Assembly (NCBI GenBank): GCA_016190665.1
Contig: JACPQD010000036.1
Coordinates: 2,976-66,975, forward strand
DNA: 64,000 nt
Direction of reading: 5' to 3'
DNA from: Chloroflexota bacterium
Lineage (GTDB): Bacteria > Chloroflexota > Dehalococcoidia > JACPQD01
Shown here piece by piece: positions 37,333-47,329 of this stretch. Position numbers and translations under genes: made by a program. The notes below the pieces were generated by a model. It was not told the DNA's origin and did not search any database. It saw only the letters and a list, made by a program, of their open reading frames with translations. Numbering within the stretch: position 1 is the stretch's first letter; each line of letters starts with the position of its first letter.

Positions 37333-38079
37333 ATGCCGGAAGACAAATCGATAGCCCTGGGACATCCCAGCTACGTCTGGCGCTTTGGCCAGGACAAGCG
37401 CCTGAACCTGATCCGAAGGCATGCCGCCCTGGACGCGAAGCGGATCATCGACATCGGGTGCGGCATCGGCGCCTACGTGCGGCAGTTTCGCCGTTTCAGC
37501 GACGACGTTTATGGCGTGGATGTGGATTTTGAGAAGGTGAAGGAGGCCAGCAAATCGCTGCCCGACCTGGCAACGGCCCGTGGTGAGGACCTGCCCTTCC
37601 GCGAGAACACCTTCGACGTTGTCCTCCTCCATGAGGTGCTCGAACACGTACAGGATGACCGAAAGGCGGTGCAGGAGGCCTGCCGGGTGGCCCGGAATGG
37701 GGGAATGATCGTGATTTACGCTCCCAACCGCCTCTATCCTTTCGAGACCCACGGCTTTTATCTGGGCAAGCGGTACGTCTTCCGCCTCCTGCCCGTGGTC
37801 AACTGGCTCCCGGGTCCTCTCCGCCGCATCTTCGTGCCCCATGTTCGCGCCTACCTGGCAAGAGATCTCAAACACCTCTTCGAGGGCCTCCCTCTAGCCC
37901 TCAAAGTGCACTCCTACGTGTACCCGGGTTTCGACAACATCGCCGCCAGAAACGCTGTCCTGGCCAGCTTGTTGCGCCGTATTCTCTATTTCTTCGAGAA
38001 CACGCCCTTTCGCGTTTTCGGCCTATCTCATTTCATGGTGGTGGAGAAAAAGGGCCTGAAAAGGAGCGAGTCAGCATGA
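37333..38079 (+). CDS. Class I SAM-dependent methyltransferase
   Basis: IDIGCGIG, GVDVD, LPFRENTFDVV, EVLEHV. Confidence 0.9.
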   Translation: MPEDKSIALGHPSYVWRFGQDKRLNLIRRHAALDAKRIIDIGCGIGAYVRQFRRFSDDVYGVDVDFEKVKEASKSLPDLATARGEDLPFRENTFDVVLLHEVLEHVQDDRKAVQEACRVARNGGMIVIYAPNRLYPFETHGFYLGKRYVFRLLPVVNWLPGPLRRIFVPHVRAYLARDLKHLFEGLPLALKVHSYVYPGFDNIAARNAVLASLLRRILYFFENTPFRVFGLSHFMVVEKKGLKRSESA

Positions 38080-40940
38080 AAACGCATCATATCGTTCACA
38101 GCCGCAACCGCAAGCTTCGCGATCAGAGGGGCGGTCGAAGGGCCACGTACGTCAAAGCCGGCGGCCTGGCTACGCTGGTCTTTGTCCCCTTGGTTCTCGC
38201 CCTCGTCATGCTGATATTCGTCTCCACCCTCGTCGGCGGAGGTTTGACGGCCTACGCCTACTTTTCCAAGGACCTGGCCCCTCCGGAGACCATGACCACA
38301 CGCCAGGTATCCCGCAGCACCCTGATCTTCGATCGCAACGGCACCCTCCTTTACGAAGTCTTCGACCCCAAGGGGGGCAAGCGAACCACGGTCCCGCTTT
38401 CGGAGATATCACCCTGGCTCATCAAGGCGACCATAGCCACCGAAGACGCCGATTTCTACCTCAACCCAGGCATCAACATTCGGGGAATCGTCCGAGCCGC
38501 GCTTAACTTGATCAAGGCGGACGCTCCGCTGCAGGGCGGCAGCTCCATCACCCAGCAACTGGCGAAGAACGTGCTCATCGCCGAAGAGGAGCGGACGCAG
38601 CGCAGCATGGCCCGCAAGATAAAAGAGGTGATCTACGCTTACGAGATGACGCGCCGCTATTCCAAGGACCAGATCCTGGAATGGTATCTGAACGAGAACA
38701 ACTATGGTAACCTGAGCTACGGCATCGAGGCAGCGGCGGAGAGCTATTTCGAGAAGCCCGCCAAGGACCTTACACTGGCAGAGTCCGCCTTGCTGGCCGG
38801 TCTGCCGCAAGCGCCCGCGTACTATTCGCCCTCGGAGCACCCGGAACGGGCCAGGGCTCGTCAAGCCACTGTTCTCGACCTCATGGTCCGCCAGGGATAC
38901 ATCACCGAGAGGGAGGCGGACGAGGCAAAAAGGGAGGAGCTGCGCTTTGCCGCCCGAACCTTCGACATCGAGGCGCCCCACTTCGTCATGTACGTACGGG
39001 AGTTGCTGGAGAGGAAATACGGCGTCGACGCCGTCTATCGGGGCGGGCTCCGGGTGACCACTTCCCTGGATTTGGGCCTGCAGGAGGTCGCGCAGGACAT
39101 CGTCAGCGAGCAAGTGAAGAAATTGGAGAAGAATAACGCCCACAACGCCGCACTGGTGGCCATAGTTCCCACGACCGGCGAGATAAAGGCTATGGTGGGC
39201 AGCGCCAACTATTGGAACGAGAAGATCAGCGGTCAGATAAACATGGCGAACTCGCCACGGCAACCGGGCTCCTCCTTCAAGCCCTTCAGCTACGTGACCG
39301 CTTTCGCCAAGGGGTATACCCCGGCGACCATGCTCCTGGACGTGCGCACGTCCTTCCCCGACGGCATCAACCCACCTTACGTGCCGGAGAACGTGGACAG
39401 GAGGTTCGAGGGTCCTGTGTCCATACGACACGCCTTGTCCACATCCAGAAACATCCCGGCGGTCAAGACCCTGGCCTTCGCTGGTCTACAAGAGGTTATC
39501 AATACCGCCCATCGCATGGGAATAACTACCCTGACCCAGCTCAACCGGTATGGCCTCTCTTTGACCCTGGGCGGCGGCGAAGTGAAGCTGCTCGATATGG
39601 TATACGCCTACGGCGTCTTCGCCAACGGAGGCAACATGGCTGGCGTGCCTGTGCCCGAGAAAGAGCAGAAGCCGAATATGCGCAAGCTCGACCCTGTGGC
39701 TATTCTCAAAATCGAAGATAGCCAGGGGCAGGTCCTGGAGGAATTCAAGGCTCCAATGGTGCAACCAGTGGTCTCATCTCAACTGTCCTATCTCATAACC
39801 GATATCCTCTCCGACAATGAAGCGCGGGCCGCTTTCTTTGGCGCTAACAATCCCCTCAGGCTGAAGGGCCGCCCGGCTGCCGCCAAGACCGGTACGACCA
39901 ACGACTGGCGCGACAACTGGACGATTGGCTATACGCCTCAGTTGGTGACGGGGGTGTGGGTGGGCAATGCCGATTTCTCCCAGATGTACGAGAGCTACGG
40001 CTCCACCGCCGCGGCGCCCATTTGGAGTCAGTTCATGGAGAAAGCGCTGGAAGGCCAGCCTGCTGAACCTTTCAAGGTTTCCTCGGGTATAGTCAAGGCC
40101 ACCGTCTGCGCCATCTCGGGCCAGAAGCCCACGCCCCTGTGCGATAAGACCAAGACCGAGGTCTTCCTTGAGGGCACCGTGCCTCAGAAGCCCTGCGACG
40201 TCCACCAGGCCTTCAGGATCGACAGGACCACGGGAAAGCTCGCCACCAGCGCCACACCGCCGCAGAACGTCGAGGAGCAGGTGTTTCTGGTGTTGCCGCC
40301 GGAGGCTAGCGATTGGATGGAAGCCAATGGTATCCCGCGTCCCCCCACGGAGTACAGCCCGGTCACGACAGCCGCAGTGGCCATTACCTCTCCGCAGCCC
40401 GGCGCCATTGTTAGGGGGAATCTGACTATAACCGGCTCGGCGCGGGTAGACAATTTCGCGCGTTTCACGCTGGAATACGGAGCAGGGCTGACCCCCAAGC
40501 AGTGGCTTTCCATCGGCGCCCCGAAGGAATCGGCTGTGGTCAATGGTACCTTGGGCAATCTCGATGCGAGCAGACTCAACGGCCTCTACGCCCTGCGGCT
40601 GACGGTAGTGGACAAAGGCCAGCAGAGCAAGCAGACCATGGTAGCCTTCACCGTCGATAACGTGCCGCCGTTGGTGAAGGTAAGCTATCCGCCAGCTAAC
40701 GGCACGCTCACCATAAAGCCCAACGCTGGCCACATCGGCATCCAGGCAGAGGTCACCGACGAGTTCGGCGTGAGCCGGGTCGAATTCCTCATGGACGGCA
40801 CATCCATCGGCTCTACCTCGGTTTCCCCTTACAACCGGCAGTGGCAGATGACTCGCGGCAGGCACACAATTCAGGCCATCTCCTGGGACAAGGCGGGCAA
40901 CGAGGCCCGGAGCGAGCCCATAACCATCACCGTGAACTAG
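38076..40940 (+). CDS. Class A penicillin-binding protein (transglycosylase/transpeptidase) with C-terminal Ig-like domains
   Basis: ATED..F, GGSSITQQLAKN, RKIKE, SSFK, SRN, KTGT; C-terminal VDNVPP...VEFLMDG Ig-like repeats. Confidence 0.93.
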   Translation: MKTHHIVHSRNRKLRDQRGGRRATYVKAGGLATLVFVPLVLALVMLIFVSTLVGGGLTAYAYFSKDLAPPETMTTRQVSRSTLIFDRNGTLLYEVFDPKGGKRTTVPLSEISPWLIKATIATEDADFYLNPGINIRGIVRAALNLIKADAPLQGGSSITQQLAKNVLIAEEERTQRSMARKIKEVIYAYEMTRRYSKDQILEWYLNENNYGNLSYGIEAAAESYFEKPAKDLTLAESALLAGLPQAPAYYSPSEHPERARARQATVLDLMVRQGYITEREADEAKREELRFAARTFDIEAPHFVMYVRELLERKYGVDAVYRGGLRVTTSLDLGLQEVAQDIVSEQVKKLEKNNAHNAALVAIVPTTGEIKAMVGSANYWNEKISGQINMANSPRQPGSSFKPFSYVTAFAKGYTPATMLLDVRTSFPDGINPPYVPENVDRRFEGPVSIRHALSTSRNIPAVKTLAFAGLQEVINTAHRMGITTLTQLNRYGLSLTLGGGEVKLLDMVYAYGVFANGGNMAGVPVPEKEQKPNMRKLDPVAILKIEDSQGQVLEEFKAPMVQPVVSSQLSYLITDILSDNEARAAFFGANNPLRLKGRPAAAKTGTTNDWRDNWTIGYTPQLVTGVWVGNADFSQMYESYGSTAAAPIWSQFMEKALEGQPAEPFKVSSGIVKATVCAISGQKPTPLCDKTKTEVFLEGTVPQKPCDVHQAFRIDRTTGKLATSATPPQNVEEQVFLVLPPEASDWMEANGIPRPPTEYSPVTTAAVAITSPQPGAIVRGNLTITGSARVDNFARFTLEYGAGLTPKQWLSIGAPKESAVVNGTLGNLDASRLNGLYALRLTVVDKGQQSKQTMVAFTVDNVPPLVKVSYPPANGTLTIKPNAGHIGIQAEVTDEFGVSRVEFLMDGTSIGSTSVSPYNRQWQMTRGRHTIQAISWDKAGNEARSEPITITVN

Positions 40941-41103
40941 TAGCGTGTAACACCAATAAGTTCGGACAAGGGTATCTCAGCCGTAGGGTGGGTGGAGCCT
41001 GACGAAATCGCGGGACAATCCACTATCACGTGCCGGGTTCTTTGTGATGGGTCACGCTGGGCTCCACCCACCGTACGCACAAATCGATGTTACGTTGTAC
41101 TAG
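40937..41103 (-). mobile_element. About 165-bp MITE-like element, copy 2
   Basis: Inverted homologue of 17222-17390, flanked on both sides by CTAG. The left CTAG contains the PBP stop codon. Confidence 0.8.
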
Positions 41104-41269
41104 TATCGCAAGCAGCCGAAGGTGCGGATTCCGTAGTCGGGGTCGTCCCTGGCCCCAACACCCCAGGCTGTCTGGGCAGGGGAACGAGCCGCTGCGCCAC
41201 CGAAACCACGAGTGCTACATGGTACCAGGCCGTCCTTAGACTTCCGACCAGAATAGGTGAGAAAGAAAA

Positions 41270-42427
41270 ATGACCACAACGACCAACAAATACCCTGTCC
41301 TCACGGACGAAGCCATAGCCGAGGCGCGCCAGATCATCGGCGTGCCGCTGCGGCGGCGTCACTGGAATACCGTGGCCACCCTCGATGCCATACGATACTT
41401 CACCGTGGCCATCGGGAGCCGGAATCCCCTCTATTTCTCGGAGACTTACGGCCGGGGCACCTTCTACGGCTGCCTCATCGCCCATCCAACCTTTCTCTAT
41501 TCCGTGGACGACACGGTCATCGCGCCGAGGCTGGCAGGCATACACTCCATCTATGCGGGCACGGAGTGGGAGTGGTTCCGCGCCGTGAAGATCGATGACA
41601 CGATAGACTCCGTGGTCAAGGTGACCGACATCATCGAGAAGAACGGCCAGTTTTGCGGGCGGATGGTCCTGCAGCTCGGTGAGGTGGCCTACCGCAACCA
41701 GTGGGACCAGCCCATCGCCGTGGCCAAGTCCGCGGTGATGCGGACGCCGCGAGACGCCGCCCGGGCCAGAGGCAAGTACGCCAATATCGCCAAGTACCGC
41801 TACTCTGCCGAGGAACTGAAGAGGATCGGCGATTCCTACGACGCCGAGGTCGTCCGTGGCAGCCAGGTCCGTTACTGGGAGGACACCGGCGTGGGCGAGG
41901 AGATCACGCCGGTGGTCAAGGGAGCGCTGGAATCGGACGATATGCTCCAGTTCATCACCGGCGTCCTGGGGGTGAGGACCTTCGGGAACGCCATGCGCTA
42001 TCAGCGCCGCCATCCCGCCGATATCTACCACGACCCCATACACGGCATGTGGGACACCTGGGAGGCCTCGCTGCTCAAGGACGGCGTGGCCCAGGAGTTC
42101 GGCTGGCCCGCCGCCCACGACACCGGCTACCAGCGGGTGGCTTGGGTCGAGCACGCCGTCACCAACTGGATGGGCGACCACGCGTTCCTGCACAACCTGA
42201 ACGTGCGCGTCACCTGGCCCACCATTTATGGAGACACCAACTGGGGCAAGGGCAAAGTCGTAAAGAAGTGGCAGACGGAGCGCCAGAGCTTCGTCGAGCT
42301 GGAGGTCTGGTGCGAGAACCAGCGCGGCGAGACCACGGCCAAGGGGACGGCGGTCGTCTCCCTGATGGACAGGCGGTTGAGTGGGCTGCCGCATATGTTC
42401 CTGGTGGACGAGACGTATAGGGGGTAG
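41270..42427 (+). CDS. Double hotdog-fold (MaoC/FAS1-like) acyl-CoA dehydratase
   Basis: Close paralogue of 8678 (shared AQEFGWPAAHDTGYQR, WCENQR). Confidence 0.85.
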   Translation: MTTTTNKYPVLTDEAIAEARQIIGVPLRRRHWNTVATLDAIRYFTVAIGSRNPLYFSETYGRGTFYGCLIAHPTFLYSVDDTVIAPRLAGIHSIYAGTEWEWFRAVKIDDTIDSVVKVTDIIEKNGQFCGRMVLQLGEVAYRNQWDQPIAVAKSAVMRTPRDAARARGKYANIAKYRYSAEELKRIGDSYDAEVVRGSQVRYWEDTGVGEEITPVVKGALESDDMLQFITGVLGVRTFGNAMRYQRRHPADIYHDPIHGMWDTWEASLLKDGVAQEFGWPAAHDTGYQRVAWVEHAVTNWMGDHAFLHNLNVRVTWPTIYGDTNWGKGKVVKKWQTERQSFVELEVWCENQRGETTAKGTAVVSLMDRRLSGLPHMFLVDETYRG

Positions 42428-42562
42428 GGGCATAGCTTGCTATGCCCAGGGGCCGGGGGTCAGGGGCTGGGATGCGCCCGCAACGGGGCAGCCCGGTTCG
42501 TCGAAATGAGGAGCGGCAAACGCGGTTTCAGGCGCGTAGGGGCATAGCTCGCTATGCCATAC
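42424..42562 (+). repeat. Two GTAG REP-like palindromes
   Basis: GTAG-GGGCATAGC-TT-GCTATGCCC (42424) and GTAG-GGGCATAGC-TC-GCTATGCC (42536). Confidence 0.65.
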
Positions 42563-42576
42563 GATGGAGGCCAATT

Positions 42577-43254
42577 ATGGCTGTGCGCGATCGAATTATC
42601 GCCTATCTGCGGCAGCATCCCGAAGGCATCGATGATGACGCTTTGGCGCTGGCGCTGGGCCTCAGCGCGCGCCAACGTTCAAACCAAGAGTGCCGCCGCA
42701 TGGAACAACAAGGTCTTGTTCTCCGACGACGGGTCGATGGCAAGATCAGGAACTTCCTGTCAGGAACCCAGCCGCAAACCAGGGCCGACGCGCCGTCTCA
42801 TCGGACGACGGCTCACGCCAACGCACAGGCGGGTGCAGCCGGCCGTCCTTGGCACTGGGAGGGAAACGTACAGGCAACCGTAGTCAGCTACCTTGCAGCA
42901 AGAGGTTGTCGGATTACTCGAGTAGCCGATACGGCGTCCAGAGAGCGCGGAAAGGATATTGTCGCGAGCGTGCCGTCTGGGCAAGAGCTGTGGGTGAGCG
43001 TCAAAGGATACCCCACCGGTACGGAAAAGACCAACGCGCATACCATGGCCCGGCATCTCTTCGCAGGCGCGCTCTACGACCTGATAGCGTGGAGAGCGGA
43101 CGCACCCACTGTGGCGCTGGCCATCGCCTTGCCCGACTTCAGCACGTATAGGAATCTGGCGCAGCGAATCGCTTGGCTTCTGCCGACGGTCAATGCCGCA
43201 CTGATATGGGTCGCTGAGGACGGAAGCGTTCAAGAGGAGGGATCGAGCCAGTAG
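42577..43254 (+). CDS. wHTH plus PD-(D/E)xK-like nuclease-fold protein
   Basis: N-terminal wHTH-like segment (DRIIAYLRQHPEGIDDDAL); WEGNVQ, GKDIVA...WVSVKGYP. Confidence 0.6.
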   Translation: MAVRDRIIAYLRQHPEGIDDDALALALGLSARQRSNQECRRMEQQGLVLRRRVDGKIRNFLSGTQPQTRADAPSHRTTAHANAQAGAAGRPWHWEGNVQATVVSYLAARGCRITRVADTASRERGKDIVASVPSGQELWVSVKGYPTGTEKTNAHTMARHLFAGALYDLIAWRADAPTVALAIALPDFSTYRNLAQRIAWLLPTVNAALIWVAEDGSVQEEGSSQ

Positions 43255-43380
43255 CGCTCCAGTTCATGTCGTTCGAGTCATCTGAGGGGCGGCCGCTGTG
43301 GCCGTCCTTCCTTCTTGTAGGAACGCGTGGAGGCCTGCTTCTCAATCTGAAGGAGGCCCCACGCCTCTCGCGGGTCCAGT

Positions 43381-43440
43381 TTTGAGTGCGCAGGCTTGCC
43401 TGCGCTTTGGAGAGCGGCGGCTTGCCGCCGCACTCCAAAC
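43381..43440. repeat. Double-hairpin REP-like element (second copy at 62282-62341)
   Basis: GCGCAGGC-TT-GCCTGCGC plus GCGGCGGC-TT-GCCGCCGC, bounded by GAGTGC/GCACTCC. Confidence 0.65.
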
Positions 43441-44027
43441 CCGTTGCTCCCTTCTCTAAGCCGTGCTGACCGCTTTCAACGACATCGAAGCTCTCGTGTC
43501 CTGCCATGTAGATGGCAGCACCGGCTGCCTACCGAAGCTTTGAAGGACATCGAGGCTAGAAACATGGAAGAACAGAGGCCCCTTTTCCTGTCTTTCCGAG
43601 CTGGAGATCGACGAGGCTGGAATTCAGCAACAGCGCCTGCGGCGAGGAATCTATCCTTCTGGCCGAACGTGAGATTCTTCGCTGCGAACGCGTTTCCCAG
43701 ACTCATCGTGATCGGTGGCCAGCTCAGAATGACACTTCAGAGGCCTTTTCAATGGTGGCAGTTTGATGTCCTTTCATGTATCCGGCAGCGCCTCGCGGCC
43801 TAAGGGAGCTTTGAAAGACATCCGTGTCTCGCAGGAGCCACCGTCGGACCTGTCAAACTGGTCGGACCCGTCAGACGCGTCAGACCGTTCCCCCCTTGCC
43901 CCATCGCGCCCCAACCCGTAACAAATCTGCCACGTTCTTCTCCCTCCGCTTAACGACTTCTTCACCTTCCGTGCGCTAGTATGTCACCAAAGCCCGAAAG
44001 AGACGAACGAAGGTCAAGGAGGGCGCA

Positions 44028-44486
44028 ATGGCATTATCCATATCCAGCACTGCTTTTCAACACAACAGCGCCATCCCGGTCAAATACACATGCGATGGAG
44101 AGGACATATCGCCGCCGCTGGAGATCGGCGAGCCGCCGGAGGGCGCCGGGTCCCTGGCGCTCATCGTTGATGACCCTGATGCCCCTGGGGGAGTCTTCAC
44201 CCACTGGGTCATCTTCAACATCCTACCCGGCACGCGCAAGCTAGAGGAGGCGATAACGACTCAACCTCGGCTTGCCAATAGCGCCCTGCAGGGCACAAAC
44301 GATTTCGGCAATACCGGCTACGGTGGGCCCTGCCCGCCCTCCGGCCGCCACCGCTACCGGTTCACCCTCTATGCCCTGAGCCAGACAGTCGACCTGAAGG
44401 CGGGCGCCTCGAAGGAGCGGCTCCTGGCCGCCATGCAGGGGCGCATCCTGGCTCAGGCTCAGCTTATGGGGACGTACCGGCGGTAG
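44028..44486 (+). CDS. YbhB/YbcL (PEBP/Raf kinase inhibitor-like) protein
   Basis: YTCDGEDISPPL, DDPDAP, HWV, GPCPP, HRYRF. Confidence 0.93.
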   Translation: MALSISSTAFQHNSAIPVKYTCDGEDISPPLEIGEPPEGAGSLALIVDDPDAPGGVFTHWVIFNILPGTRKLEEAITTQPRLANSALQGTNDFGNTGYGGPCPPSGRHRYRFTLYALSQTVDLKAGASKERLLAAMQGRILAQAQLMGTYRR

Positions 44487-44574
44487 CGAGGAGCACAAGG
44501 CGCAAGACCTCCGAGGTCTTCGAGACCTCGGAGGTCTTCATCATACCCCACTTGAGTGGTGATCGCTCAGAGCG

Positions 44575-45180
44575 CTAGCGCCTGGCCGCGAGATAGGCCT
44601 GCACGTTCGCGACGCCGCTCTTGCCGTAGGACTGGGAACACTTTGGCAGGGACATCCGCTCTGCGTAATAGGGCGTCCCTGCCCGGCTCGGTTCGGAAGG
44701 GCTCACCCTCAAATCAACGAAAATCGGGCCCTGTTCGTTCTTGATCTGAAGTATGGCCGCGTCCAATTCCTGGGTGGATCGGACGTCGTGGACGTGTTCC
44801 CAGCCCGTATCCTTTGCCAGTCCCAGGAAGTCCACTCTCTCCGCGGCCGGCAGGGACAGATGCCCGATGAGCCCCCACTCCCGATTGTCCATGAGGAAGT
44901 AGACCAGATTGTGGGGCAGAACCTCGGTTATGTCAACGAGAGAGCTCAAATACATAAGGGTAGAGCCATCGCCGTTGATGGCCCAGACGCGCACATCGGG
45001 GCGGGCCAGGGCGATGCCCAGGGCCACCCCGGGGACGCCGCCCATGGGCGCTGTGAAGATCAGGTCGGCGTCGCTCTTCGAATAGACGGGCCACACCAGA
45101 TTGCCGGTCATGGTGGTGACGACTACCTCGTCAGTGCGGTGCTCAGCGAGACGGCGCAGCGCTTCCTCCAACTCCATCAT
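44575..45180 (-). CDS. TPP-dependent decarboxylase beta subunit (ComE/sulfopyruvate decarboxylase-like)
   Basis: MG, GIALA, NGDGS...DN TPP motif. Confidence 0.85.
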   Translation of the reverse strand: MMELEEALRRLAEHRTDEVVVTTMTGNLVWPVYSKSDADLIFTAPMGGVPGVALGIALARPDVRVWAINGDGSTLMYLSSLVDITEVLPHNLVYFLMDNREWGLIGHLSLPAAERVDFLGLAKDTGWEHVHDVRSTQELDAAILQIKNEQGPIFVDLRVSPSEPSRAGTPYYAERMSLPKCSQSYGKSGVANVQAYLAARR

Positions 45181-45181
45181 C

Positions 45182-45724
45182 TTATCCCTCCATCCTGTCC
45201 ACGAGGATGGCCACCGCCTGCTTTGTATCCGCCGCCTTCTTGAAGGCCCAGGAGACCAGCTTGGCGCCCTCGGGGCCTTGCAGCGTGGCATGGGGGATGC
45301 GCAGGGTATCCAGGAGCGGCTCGGTCATGACGCCCTGCCAGGCGACGTGGGTCCCGGCGCTGCCGCGAAGCGACACCGAATGGGCGAGAGCGTCGTCGGC
45401 GCTCTGATTGGGCTTGACCCGGCCCACCCAGCCCAGGAGCAGCACCATGGGGATCTCCATATCAATGGGCAGCGCTCTGATGGCCTCGATGGCCTGGAAG
45501 AAGCCGGAGTTCTCCATGGCCACGACGCTCTTCGCGCCTCCGATGGAAAGGCCGGCGGCAACCGCCACGGCCTCGGCCTCGTGGCAGACCTTGATCATCC
45601 GGATATCAGGGTCCTTGTCGACGAGCTGCCACAAGGGCCGCAGCAGGGAGTCCGGCACCGTGACGTAGAACTTCACGCCATTCTTCTTGAGCTCATCCAT
45701 GATGAGCTGGGCCGTAGTGCTCAT
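45182..45724 (-). CDS. TPP-dependent decarboxylase alpha subunit (ComD-like)
   Basis: VPDS, HEAEAVAVAAG, MENSG. Confidence 0.85.
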   Translation of the reverse strand: MSTTAQLIMDELKKNGVKFYVTVPDSLLRPLWQLVDKDPDIRMIKVCHEAEAVAVAAGLSIGGAKSVVAMENSGFFQAIEAIRALPIDMEIPMVLLLGWVGRVKPNQSADDALAHSVSLRGSAGTHVAWQGVMTEPLLDTLRIPHATLQGPEGAKLVSWAFKKAADTKQAVAILVDRMEG

Positions 45725-45761
45725 GATAATGCCTCCTTGGTTCGCCAGCCAAACATCGTGG

Positions 45762-45974
45762 CTAGGCTAGCATTAGACGCTGGCCCTTTGGTTCCGGCAC
45801 CGGATCCCCAAACTCCAGAGCCGTGTCAATCCACAGTTGCATGGCGTCTTTGACGTTTTGCAGGGCTGCTTCCTGGGTCTGTCCGTGCGCCATACATCCG
45901 GGGAGTTCGGGAACGTCGGCGACAAAGGCCTGATCTTCGTTGCTCCAGTAAATGATCACCTCATACTTCTGCAT
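45762..45974 (-). CDS. hicB: HicB-family antitoxin
   Basis: YEVIIYWSNEDQAFVADVPELPGCMAHG...VPEP. Confidence 0.9.
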   Translation of the reverse strand: MQKYEVIIYWSNEDQAFVADVPELPGCMAHGQTQEAALQNVKDAMQLWIDTALEFGDPVPEPKGQRLMLA

Positions 45975-46227
45975 TATGCATCCTCGCCCAGGTGGTACTT
46001 CACAATGACGGCACGCACCTGTCGCACCTGGTAGGCTTTGGGATGACCATCATCCCGCTGTAAGTTGATCTTCTCGGCAATTCCCCGTTTCCTGAAGGGT
46101 GATGGCTTCCGCGGGTACGTTCTTCAAATCCCAGTTGCCGAAGCACTTGGCAGAGTTCATCGAACCGCAAATCTGCATCCGATCTGGCTCGCAGGATTCG
46201 CGCCAGAATTTGATCATATCGACTCAT
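45974..46227 (-). pseudogene. hicA: HicA-family toxin, frameshifted
   Basis: GFEERTRGSHH, then a 1-nt deficit. The alternate frame gives FRKRGIAEKINLQRDDGHPKAYQVRQV...TAA overlapping the hicB ATG. Confidence 0.8.
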
Positions 46228-46335
46228 AGCTTTACCGCCACATCATGCGCGGCTGCCCAACTTGGTGGAGAGCAGTCTGCCCGTCTCGGCAAGGACGCTT
46301 AATCCCCTTCGGTCTTTGCGAAAGGGGAAGCCTCC

Positions 46336-47229
46336 TCAGCTCAGCGGCAAATCGATCTGGTATTGCTTCAGAACGTCGCGGATCTGGGCCGCCGACTTCT
46401 CGTCGGGATCGGTGAGGGGCAGGCGCAGTTTGCCGACCTTGAAGCCGACGTGGTTCAGCGCGTATTTAACGGGGATGGGATTGGAGACGATGAAGAGGGT
46501 CTTGAAGAGCGGCGTCAGTTTGCGATGTATGGTTGCCGCCTCGGCCAAATCGCCGCCTACGTACTTGTCTATCATGTTGCGCATCTGCCGGCCAACGAGG
46601 TGGGAGGCGACGCTGATAACCCCATAGCCGCCGGCCGCCAGAATGGGCAAGGTGTCCATGTCATTGCCACTCCACACCAAGAAGCCATCCCTGGCGCCAT
46701 GAATGATAGCGGAGACCTGGTCCATGCTCCCGCTGGCTTCCTTGATGCCGACAATGTTGTCTATCTCACTCAGGCGAATGACCGTCTCCGGAGCTAGATT
46801 GACGACGGTGCGCGCCGGGACGTTGTAAAGTATGCAGGGAAGACGAGTGCTGGCCGCGATGGCCTTGAAATGCTGGTACATGCCCTCCTGAGTGGGTTTG
46901 TTGTAGTAGGGCACCACCAAGAGAACGCCGTCCATGCCGGCGCGCTCCGCCGCGCTGGTCAGGTGGAGGCTTTCGGCGGTGTTGTTGCTGCCCGCTCCCG
47001 CCACGACATCGCCCTGCTTGCCCACCGCCTGCCGGACTTCGGCGAAAAGGCGGGTCTGCTCCTCCATGGTGACAGTGGGACTCTCTCCGGTCGTCCCGCA
47101 TACGACGACGCCGTCGCTGCCGGACTTGATGAGCGCCCGAGCCAGCTTCTTCGCTTGTTCGTAGTCCACTTCCCCCTTTTCATTAAAAGGGGTCACCATG
47201 GCGGTGAGCAACCGTCTTAGGGGCGGCAT
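46336..47229 (-). CDS. dapA: 4-hydroxy-tetrahydrodipicolinate synthase
   Basis: TAMVTPF, GTTGES, PYYNKP, LYNVPART, GIKEASG, NPIPVK. Confidence 0.97.
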   Translation of the reverse strand: MPPLRRLLTAMVTPFNEKGEVDYEQAKKLARALIKSGSDGVVVCGTTGESPTVTMEEQTRLFAEVRQAVGKQGDVVAGAGSNNTAESLHLTSAAERAGMDGVLLVVPYYNKPTQEGMYQHFKAIAASTRLPCILYNVPARTVVNLAPETVIRLSEIDNIVGIKEASGSMDQVSAIIHGARDGFLVWSGNDMDTLPILAAGGYGVISVASHLVGRQMRNMIDKYVGGDLAEAATIHRKLTPLFKTLFIVSNPIPVKYALNHVGFKVGKLRLPLTDPDEKSAAQIRDVLKQYQIDLPLS

Positions 47230-47329
47230 TCCTCAACCTCCTTACGCCAACCTGGACGATGCACCTTTTGACCTCGGACTGACCGGGCACCGGCGTCTAA
47301 CTGCCAGGGTGAAGCCTCCTCGCGCCGGC

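Noticed and set aside
36787-37875. 362-aa ORF suggesting a QueD fusion
   Set aside because: The 5' part is antisense to the methyltransferase and crosses repeats. queD has its own RBS and TTG at 37173.
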